64,000 nt of DNA from Eledone cirrhosa. Its lineage: Eukaryota. The notes under the pieces are model-generated. The model was given only the letters and a program-made list of their open reading frames with translations. It was not told the origin of the DNA and did no database searches. The stretch's first letter is position 1. Each line of letters opens with the position of its first letter. The position numbers and the translations under genes are program-made. The stretch spans positions 868,001-932,000 of the forward strand of contig OZ024757.1 in NCBI GenBank assembly GCA_964016885.1. Reading direction: 5' to 3'. Positions 53,101 through 64,000 of this stretch are shown in pieces.

Positions 53101-56100
53101 GTAGCCATTGTCTTCACTCCAATGTCACTATCTCACCCTAGTAGCTACTGTCTTCCGCCTAATGTCACTATCTCAACCTTGTATCTACTGTCGTCACTCG
53201 AATGTCAATATCTCACCCTAGTAGCTATTGTCTCCACCCCAATGTCACTATCTCACCCTACTTGCCATTGTCCCAACCCAATGTCACTATCTCACCCTAG
53301 TATATGTCACCCTAGTAGCCATTGTCTTCACCCCAATGTCACTTTCTCACCCTAGTATATGTCACCCTAGTAGCCATTGTCTTAACCCCAATGTCACTAT
53401 CTCACCCTAGTAGCCATTGTCTTCACCCCAATGTCACTCTCTCACCCTAGTAGCTACTGTCTTCACCATAATGTCACTATCTCACCCTAGTAGCTACTGT
53501 CTCACCCTAATGTCACTAGCTCACCCTAGTAGCCACTGTCTTCACCCTAATGTAACTATCCCAACCTAGTAGCTAATGTCTCCACCCCAATGTCACTATC
53601 TCACCATAGTATCTACTCTCTTCACCCTAGTGTGAATATCTCACCCTAGTACCTACTGTCTCCACCCTAATGTCACTATCACACGCCAGTACTTATTGTC
53701 TCCACCCCAATGTCACTATCTCACCCTAGTAGCTACTGTATTCACCCCAATGTCACTCTCACCCTAGTAGCCATAGTCTTCACCCCAATGTCACTATCTC
53801 ACCCTAGTAGCTACTGTCTTCACCATAATGTCACTATCTCACCCTAGTAGCTACTGTCTTCACCATAATGTCACTATCTCACCCTAGTAGCTACTGTCTC
53901 ACCCTAATGTCACTAGCTCACCCTAGTAGCCACTGTCTTCACCCTAATGTAACTATCCCAACCTAGTAGCTAATGTCTCCACCCTAATGTCACTATCTCA
54001 ACCTAGTAGCTACTGTCTTCACCCTAATGTCACTATCTCAACCTAGTAGCTACTGTCTCCAACCTAATGTCACTATCACACCCCAGTAGTTATTGTCTCC
54101 ACCGCAATGTCACTATCTCACCCTAGTAGCTAGTGTCTTCACCCAATGTCACTATATCATCCTAGTAGCTACCGTTTTCACCCTAATGTCAATATCTCAC
54201 CCTAGAAGCTACCGTCTTCACCCCTATTTCACTATCTCACACTAGTAGCTATTGTCTCCACCCCAATGTCACTATCTCACCCTAGTAGCCATTGTCCCCA
54301 CCCCAATGTCACTATCTCACCCTAGTAGCTACTGTCTTCACCCTAATGTCACTATGTCATCCTAGTAGCCATTGTCTTCACCCCAATGTCACTATCTCAC
54401 CCTAGTAGCTACTGTCTTTACCCCAATACCACTATCTCACCCTAGTAGCTATTGTCTTCACCCTAATGTCACTATCTCACCCTAGTAGCTACGGTCTTCA
54501 CACCAATGTCACTATCTCACCCTAATAGCTACTGTCTTCACCCCAATGTCACTATCTGACCTTAGTAGCTATTCTCTCCACCCCAATGTCACTATATCAC
54601 CTTAGTAGCTACTCTCTATAACCCAATGTTACTATCTCATCCTAGTATCTAGTGTCTTCACCCTAATGTCACTATCTGACCCGAGTAGCTACTGTCTCCA
54701 CCTCAATATCACTATCTCACCCTAGTAGCTATTGTCTCCACCCTAATGTCACTATCTCACCCTAGTAGCTACTGTCTCCACCCTAATGTCACTATCTCAC
54801 CCTAGTAGCTACTGTTTCGACTCTCGTAGCTCTTGTTTTCACCCCAATGTCACTATATCACCCTAGTAGCTATTGTCTTCACCCCAATGTCACTATCTCA
54901 CCCTAGTAGCTACTGTCTTCACCCTATTCTCACTATCTCACCCTAGTAGCCGTTGTCTCCACTTCAAAGTCCCTATTACATCCTAGTAGCTACTGTCTAC
55001 ACCCCAATGTCACTATCTCACGCTAGTAGCTACTCTCTACACCCTAATGTTACTATCTCACCCTAGTAGCTATTGTCTCCACCCCAATGTCACTATCTCA
55101 CCCTAGTAGCTACTCTCTCCACTCCAATATCACTATCTCACCCTAGTAGCTACAGTCTCCACCACAATGTCACTATCTCACCCTAGTAGCTACTGTCTTC
55201 ACCCTAATTTCACTATGTCACCCGAGTAGCCATTGTCTTCACCCAATGTCACTATCTCACCCTAGTAGCTACTGTCTTTACCCCAATATCACTATCTCAC
55301 CCTAGTAGCTACTGTCTTCACCCTAATGTCACTATCTCACCCTAGTAGCTACAGTCTTCACACCAATGTAACTATCTCACCCTAGTAGCTACAGTCTTCA
55401 CCCCACTGTCACTATCTCACCCTAGTAGCTACTGTCTTCACCCCAATGTCACTATCTGACCTTAGTAGCTATTCTCTCCACCCCAATGTCACTATATCAG
55501 CCTAGTAGCTACTGTCTATAACCCAATGTTACAATCTCATCCTAGTATCTACTGTATTCACCCTAATGTCACTATCTGACCCTAGTAGCTAATGTCTCCA
55601 CCCCAATATCACTATCTCACCCTAATATCTATTGTCTCCACCCTAATGTCACTATCTCACCCTAGTAGCTACTGTCTCCACCGTAATGTCACTATCTCAC
55701 CCTAGTAGCTATTGTTTCCACTCTCGTAGCTCTTGTCTTCACCCCAATGTGACTATCTCACCCTAGTAGCTACTGTATTCACCCCAATGTCACTCTCACC
55801 CTAGTAGCCATAGTCTTCACCCCAATGTCACTATCTCACCCTAGTAGCTACTGTCTTCACCCCAATGTCACTATCTCACCCTAGTAGCTACTGTTTTCAG
55901 CCTAATGTCACTATCTCAACCTTGTATCTACTGTCGTCACCCCAATGTCAATATCTCACCCTAGTAGCTACTGTCTCCACCCTAATGTCACTATCTCACC
56001 CTTGTATCTACTGTCTTCTCCCTAATGTCACTATTTCACCCTAGTAACTACTGTCTCCACCCTAATGTCACTATCACACCCCCCGTAGTTATTGTCTCTA

Positions 56101-59100
56101 CCGCAATGTCACTATCTCACCCTAGTAGCTAGTGTCTTCACCCCAATGTCACTATATCACCCTAGTAGCTACCGTTTTCACCCTAATGTCAATATCTCAC
56201 CCTAGTAGCTACCGTCTTCACCCCTATTTCACTATCTCACCCTAGTAGCTATTGTCTCCACCCCAATGTCACTATCTCACCCTAGTAGCCATTGTCTCCA
56301 CCCCAATGTCACTATCTCACCCTAGTTGCCATTGTCACATCCCAATGTCACTATCTCACCCTAGTATATGTCACCCTAGTAGCCATTGTCTTCACCCCAA
56401 TGTCACTATCTCAGCCTAGTAGCTACTGTCTTCACCCCAATGTCACTTTCTCACCCTAGTATATGTCACCCTAGTAGCCATTGTCTTCACCCCAATGTCA
56501 CTATCTCACCCTAGTAGCTACTGTCTTCACCCCAATGTCACTCTCTCACCCTAGTAGCTACTGTCTTCACCCTAATGTCACTATCTCACCCTAGTAGCTA
56601 CTGTCTCACCCTAATGTCACTAGCTCACCCTAGTAGCCACTGTCTTCACCCTAATGTAACTATCCCACCCTAGTAGCTAATGTCTCCACCCCAATGTCAC
56701 TATCTCACCCTAGTATCTACTATCTTCACCCTAGTGTGACTATCTATCCCTAGTACCTACTGTCTCCACCCTAATGTCACTATGACACCCCAGTACTTAT
56801 TGTCTCCACCCCAATGTCACTATCTCACCCTAGTAGTTACTGTCTCCACTCCAATGTCACTATCGCACCCTAGTAGCTACTGTATCCACCCTAAATTCAC
56901 TATCTCAACCTAGTAGCTACTGTATTCACCCCAATGTCACTATCTCACCCTAGTAGCTACTGTCTTCACCCCAATGTCACTATCTCACTCTAGTAGCTAC
57001 TGTTTTCATCCTAATGTCACTATCTCAATCTTGTATCTACTGTCGTCAACCCAATGTCAATATCTCACCCTAGTAGCTACTGTCTCCACCCTAAAGTCAC
57101 TATTTCACCCTTGTATCTACTGTCTTCTCCCTAATGTCACTATCTCACCCTAGTACCTACTGTCTCCACCCTAATGTCACTATCACACCCCAGTAGTTAT
57201 TGTCTCCACCGCAATGTCACTATCTCACCCTAGTAGCTAGTGTCTTCACCCAATGTCACTATATCACCCTAGTAGCTACCGTTTTCACCCTAACGTCAAT
57301 ATCTCACCCTAGTAGCTACCGTCTTCACCCGTATTTCACTATCTCACCCTAGTAGCTATTGTCTCCACCCCAATGTCACTATCTCACCCTAGTAGCCATT
57401 GTCCCCACCCCAATGTCACTATCTCACCCTAGTAGCTACTGTCTTCACCCTATTGTCACTATGTCATCCTAGTAGCCATTGTATTCACCCCAATGTCACT
57501 ATCTCACCCTAGTAGCTACTGTCTTCACCCTAATGTCACTATCTCACCCTAGTAGCTACAGTCTTCACACCAATGTCATTATCTCACCCTAGTAGCTACA
57601 GTCTTCACCCCAATGTCACTATCTCACCCTAATAGCTACTGTCTTCACCCCAATGTCACTATCTGACCTTAGTAGCTATTCTCTCCACCCCAATGTCACT
57701 ATATCACCTTAGTAGCTACTCTCTATAACCCAATGTTACTATCTCATCCTAGTATCTAGTGTCTTCACCCAAATGTCACTATCTGACCCGAGTAGCTACT
57801 GTCTCCATCCCAATGTCACTATCTCACCCCAGTAGCTATTGTCTCCACCCTAATGTCACTATCTCACCCTAGTAGCTACTGTCTCCACCCTAATGTCACT
57901 ATCTCACCCTAGTAGCTACTGTTTCCACTCTCGTAGCTCTTGTCTTCACCCCAATGTCACTATATCACCCTAGTAGCAATTGTCTTCACCCCAATGTCAC
58001 TATCTCACCCTAGTAGCTACTGTCTTCTCCCTATTGTCACTATCTCACCCTAGTAGCCGTTGTCTCCACTTCAAAGTCCCTCTTTCACCCTAGTAGCTAC
58101 TGTCTACACCCCAATGTCACTAACTCACCCTAGTAGCTACTGTCTACACCCTAATGTTACTATCTCACCCTAGTAGCTATTGTCTCCACCCCAATGTCAC
58201 TATCTCACCCTAGTAGCTACTCTCTCCACTCCAATATCACTATCTGACCCTAGTAGCTACTGTCTTCACCCCAATGTCACTATCTCACCCTAGTAGCTAC
58301 TGTTTTCAGCCTAATGTCACTATCTCAACCTTGTATCTACTGTCGTCACCCCAATGTCAATATCTCACCCTAGTAGCTACTGTCTCCACCCTAATGTCAC
58401 TATCTCACCCTTGTATCTACTGTCTTCTCCCTAATGTCACTATTTCACCCTAGTAACTACTGTCTCCACCCTAATGTCACTATCACACCCCCCGTAGTTA
58501 TTGTCTCTACCGCAATGTCACTATCTCACCCTAGTAGCTAGTGTCTTCACCCCAATGTCACTATATCACCCTAGTAGCTACCGTTTTCACCCTAATGTCA
58601 ATATCTCACCCTAGTAGCTACCGTCTTCACCCCTATTTCACTATCTCACCCTAGTAGCTATTGTCTCCACCCCAATGTCACTATCTCACCCTAGTAGCCA
58701 TTGTCTCCACCCCAATGTCACTATCTCACCCTAGTTGCCATTGTCACATCCCAATGTCACTATCTCACCCTAGTATATGTCACCCTAGTAGCCATTGTCT
58801 TCACCCCAATGTCACTATCTCAGCCTAGTAGCTACTGTCTTCACCCCAATGTCACTTTCTCACCCTAGTATATGTCACCCTAGTAGCCATTGTCTTCACC
58901 CCAATGTCACTATCTCACCCTAGTAGCTACTGTCTTCACCCCAATGTCACTCTCTCACCCTAGTAGCTACTGTCTTCACCCTAATGTCACTATCTCACCC
59001 TAGTAGCTACTGTCTCACCCTAATGTCACTAGCTCACCCTAGTAGCCACTGTCTTCACCCTAATGTAACTATCCCACCCTAGTAGCTAATGTCTCCACCC

Positions 59101-62100
59101 CAATGTCACTATCTCACCCTAGTATCTACTATCTTCACCCTAGTGTGACTATCTATCCCTAGTACCTACTGTCTCCACCCTAATGTCACTATGACACCCC
59201 AGTACTTATTGTCTCCACCCCAATGTCACTATCTCACCCTAGTAGTTACTGTCTCCACTCCAATGTCACTATCGCACCCTAGTAGCTACTGTATCCACCC
59301 TAAATTCACTATCTCAACCTAGTAGCTACTGTATTCACCCCAATGTCACTCTCACCCTAGTAGCCATAGTCTTCACCCCAATGTCACTATCTCACCCTAG
59401 TAGCTACTGTCTTCACCCCAATGTCACTATCTCACTCTAGTAGCTACTGTTTTCATCCTAATGTCACTATCTCAATCTTGTATCTACTGTCGTCAACCCA
59501 ATGTCAATATCTCACCCTAGTAGCTACTGTCTCCACCCTAAAGTCACTATTTCACCCTTGTATCTACTGTCTTCTCCCTAATGTCACTATCTCACCCTAG
59601 TACCTACTGTCTCCACCCTAATGTCACTATCACACCCCAGTAGTTATTGTCTCCACCGCAATGTCACTATCTCACCCTAGTAGCTAGTGTCTTCACCCAA
59701 TGTCACTATATCACCCTAGTAGCTACCGTTTTCACCCTAACGTCAATATCTCACCCTAGTAGCTACCGTCTTCACCCGTATTTCACTATCTCACCCTAGT
59801 AGCTATTGTCTCCACCCCAATGTCACTATCTCACCCTAGTAGCCATTGTCCCCACCCCAATGTCACTATCTCACCCTAGTAGCTACTGTCTTCACCCTAT
59901 TGTCACTATGTCATCCTAGTAGCCATTGTATTCACCCCAATGTCACTATCTCACCCTAGTAGCTACTGTCTTCACCCTAATGTCACTATCTCACCCTAGT
60001 AGCTACAGTCTTCACACCAATGTCATTATCTCACCCTAGTAGCTACAGTCTTCACCCCAATGTCACTATCTCACCCTAATAGCTACTGTCTTCACCCCAA
60101 TGTCACTATCTGACCTTAGTAGCTATTCTCTCCACCCCAATGTCACTATATCACCTTAGTAGCTACTCTCTATAACCCAATGTTACTATCTCATCCTAGT
60201 ATCTAGTGTCTTCACCCAAATGTCACTATCTGACCCGAGTAGCTACTGTCTCCATCCCAATGTCACTATCTCACCCCAGTAGCTATTGTCTCCACCCTAA
60301 TGTCACTATCTCACCCTAGTAGCTACTGTCTCCACCCTAATGTCACTATCTCACCCTAGTAGCTACTGTTTCCACTCTCGTAGCTCTTGTCTTCACCCCA
60401 ATGTCACTATATCACCCTAGTAGCAATTGTCTTCACCCCAATGTCACTATCTCACCCTAGTAGCTACTGTCTTCCCCCTATTGTCACTATCTCACCCTAG
60501 TAGCCGTTGTCTCCACTTCAAAGTCCCTCTTTCACCCTAGTAGCTACTGTCTACACCCCAATGTCACTAACTCACCCTAGTAGCTACTGTCTACACCCTA
60601 ATGTTACTATCTCACCCTAGTAGCTATTGTCTCCACCCCAATGTCACTATCTCACCCTAGTAGCTACTCTCTCCACTCCAATATCACTATCTGACCCTAG
60701 TAGCTACAGTCTCCACCCCAATGTCACTATCTCACCCTAGTAGCTACTGTCTTCACCCTAATTTCACTATGTCACCCGAGTAGCCATTGTCTTCACCCAA
60801 TGTCACTATCTCACCCTAGTAGCTACTGTCTTTACCCCAATATCACTATCTCACCCTAGTAGCTACAGTCTTCACACCAATGTCACTATCTCACCCTAGT
60901 AGCTACAGTCTTCACCCCAATGTCACTATCTCACCCTAGTAGCTACTGTCTTCACCCTATTGTCACTATCTCACCCTAGTAGCCATTGTCTCCACTCCAA
61001 AGTCCCTATCTCATCCTAGTAGCTACTGTCTACACCCCAATGTTACTATCTCACCTTAGTAGCTACTGTCTACACCCTAATGTTACTATCTCACCCTAGT
61101 AGCCATTGTCTCCACTCCAAAGTCCCTATCTCATCCTAGTAGCTACTGTCTTCACCCCAATATAACTATCTCACCCTAGTAGCTACTGTATTCACCCCAA
61201 TGTCACAATCTCACCCTCGTAGCTACTGTCTTCACCCTAACGTCACTATCTCACCCTAGTATCTAATGTCTTCCCCCCAATGTCACTATCTCACCCTAAT
61301 AGCTAGTGTCTTCACCCCAATTTCACTATCTCACCCTAGTAGCTACTGTCTTCACCCCAATGTCACTATCTCAACCTAGTAGCTACTGTCGTCACCCCAA
61401 TGTCAATATCTCACCCTAGTAGCTACTGTCTGCACACCAATGTCACTATCTCACCCTAGTAGCTACTGTTTTCACCCTGATGTCATTCTAACCCTAGTTT
61501 CCATTGTCTTCACCCGAATGTCACTATCTCACCCTAGTAGCTACTGTCTTCACCATAATGTCACTAGCTCACCCTAGTATCTACTGTCTGCATCCTAATG
61601 TCACTATCTCACCCTAGTAGCTACTGTCTTCACACCAATGTCTCTATCTCACCCTAATAGCTACAGTCTTCACACCAATGTCACCATCTCACCCTAGTAG
61701 CTATTGTCTTCACCCTAATGTGACTATCTCACCCTAGTAGCTACTGTCTCCACTCCAATGTCACTATCTCACCCTAGTAGCTACTGACTTCACCCCAATG
61801 TGACTATCTCACCCTAGTGGCTACTGTATCCACCCTAAATTTACTATCTCCCCCTAGTAGCCATATTCTTCACCCCAACGTCACTATCTCACCCTAGTAG
61901 CTACTGTCTACACCCCAATGTCACTATCTCACCCTAGTAGCTACTGTCGTCACCCCAATGTCAATATCTCACCCTAGTAGCTACTGTCTCCACCCTAATG
62001 TCACTATCTCACACTTGTATCTACTGTCTTCACCCTAATGTCACTATCTCACCCTAGTAACTACTGTCTCCACCCTAATGTCACTATCACACCCCAGTAG

Positions 62101-63596
62101 TTATTGTCTCCACCGGAATGTCACTATCTCACCCCAGTAGCTAGTGTCTTCACCCTAATGTCACTATGTCACCCTAGAAGCCATTGTCTCCACCCCAATG
62201 GCACTATCTCACCCTAGTAGCTAATGTCTCCACCCCAATGTCACTATCTCAACCTATTACCTACCGTTTTCACCCTAATGTCAATATCTCACCCTAGTAG
62301 CTACCGTCTTCACCCCAATGTCACTATCTCACCCTAGTAGCTATTATCTCCACCCCAATGTCACTATCTCACCCTAGTAGCCATTGTGCCGACCCCAATG
62401 TCACTATCTCACCCTAGTAGCTACTGTCTTTACCCTAATGTCACTATGTCACCCTAGTAGCCATTGTCATCACCCAATTTCACTATCTCACCCTAGTAGC
62501 TACAGTCTTCATACCAATGTCACTATCTCACTTTAGTAGCTACAGCCTTCACCCCAATGTCACTATCTCACCCTAGTAGCTACTGTCTTTACCCTAATGT
62601 CACTATGTCACCCTAGTAATTACTGTCTCCGCCCTAATTTCACTATCTCCCCCTAATAGCTACTGGCTCCATTCTCGTAGCTCTTGTCTTCACCCCAATG
62701 TCACTATCTCACCCTAGTAGCTATTGTCTCCACCCCAATGTCACTATCTCACCCTAGTAACTACTGTCTCCACCCAATGTTACTATCTCACACTAGTAGC
62801 TACTGTCTTCACCGTAATGTCACTATCTCACCCTAGTAGCTACTGTCTCCACCCAAATGTCACTCTCACACCCCAGTAGTTATTGTCTCCACCCCAATGT
62901 CACTATCTCACCCTAATGTCACTATCTCACCCTAGTAGCTACTGTCTTTACCCCAAAGTCACTATATAACCCTAGTAGCGACTGTATTCACCCCGATGTC
63001 ATTCTAACCCTAGTTGCCATTGTCTTCACCCTAATGTCAATATCTCACCCTAGTAGTTACTGTCTCCACCCCAATGTCACTATCTCACCCTAGTAGCTAC
63101 TGTCTTCACCCCAATATCACTATCTCACCCTAGTAGATACTGTCTCCACGCCAATGTCACTATCTCACCCTAGTATCTACTGTCTGCATCCTAATGTCAC
63201 TATCTCACCCTAGTAGCTACTGTCTTCACACTAATTTCACTATCTCAGCCTAGTAGCTACTATCTTCACCCTAATTTCAATAGATCACCCTAGTAGCCAT
63301 TGTCTTCACCCTAATGTCACTATCTCACCCTAATAGCTACAGTCTTCACACCAATGTCACTATCTCACCCTAGTAGCTACTCTCTTCACCCTAATGTCAC
63401 TATGTCACCCTAGTAGCCATTGTCTTCACCCCAATGTCACTATCTCACCTTAGTAGCTACTGTCTTCACCCTAATGAAACTATCTCACCCTAGTAGCTAC
63501 TGTCTTTACCCCAATGTCACTGTCTCCACCCTAGTATCTATTGTCTCCACCCCAATGTCACTATTTCACCCTAGTAGCTACTGTCTCCACCCTAAT
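41167..63596. repeat. 40-bp satellite array (right), at least 22.4 kb, same orientation as the left array
   Basis: Same consensus; runs into the assembly gap. Confidence 0.98.
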
Positions 63597-63796
63597 NNNN
63601 NNNNNNNNNNNNNNNNNNNNNNNNNNNNNNNNNNNNNNNNNNNNNNNNNNNNNNNNNNNNNNNNNNNNNNNNNNNNNNNNNNNNNNNNNNNNNNNNNNNN
63701 NNNNNNNNNNNNNNNNNNNNNNNNNNNNNNNNNNNNNNNNNNNNNNNNNNNNNNNNNNNNNNNNNNNNNNNNNNNNNNNNNNNNNNNNNNNNNNNN
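63597..63796. other. Assembly gap (200 N)
   Basis: N run; the round size suggests a scaffolding gap of unknown length. Confidence 0.99.
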
Positions 63797-63800
63797 AAAA

Positions 63801-64000
63801 GTAGAGTGGCCCAGCTGGAGCAGTGATATATTACAGTAGAGTGACCCAGCTGGAGCAGTGATATATTACAGTAGACTGGCCCAGCTGGAGCAGTGATATA
63901 TTACAGTAGAGTGGCCCAGCTGGAGCAGTGATATATTACAAGTAGAGTGGCCCAGCTGGAGCAGTGATATATTACAGTAGACTGGCCCAGCTGGAGCAGT
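63801..64000. repeat. 35-bp tandem repeat GTAGAGTGGCCCAGCTGGAGCAGTGATATATTACA
   Basis: About 5.7 copies up to the window end. Confidence 0.95.

Noticed and set aside
41167-63596. Satellite minus strand GTGAAGAC + palindrome as a hammerhead (as in newt or schistosome satellites)
   Set aside because: Lacks the C of CUGANGA, the GAAA box and stems I/III.

Overview
Eukaryotic, AT-rich, repeat-dense animal DNA. The KRAB-less '[11 protein letters not shown]' tandem zinc-finger genes, abundant RTE LINEs/SINEs and (TA)n tracts suggest an octopod/coleoid cephalopod; this is inferred, not proven. A ~34 kb island (about 7175-41165) sits between two same-orientation arrays of one 40-bp satellite (1-7174 and 41167-63596, then a 200-N gap). 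The island holds two tandem paralogous C2H2 zinc-finger genes (13 and 24 fingers). Each has an inferred non-coding first exon, a TE-filled intron and a 3' UTR of decayed fingers. Also present are Penelope-like element (PLE) fragments with GIY-YIG nucleases, RTE, CR1 and CRE-like LINE fragments, SINEs and several minisatellites. The most notable unannotated signals are: (1) several minimal type-I hammerhead ribozyme motifs, one in a PLE 3' repeat, a pair on opposite strands inside a 241-bp-arm palindrome, and a further degenerate one; (2) an uninterrupted GIY-YIG ORF whose start codon comes from the satellite; (3) a consensus CTCF site between the two ZNF paralogs; (4) higher-order structure in the satellite. 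Most short ORFs in the track are repeat artefacts. All alignments were done by eye, so boundaries of degraded elements are approximate.
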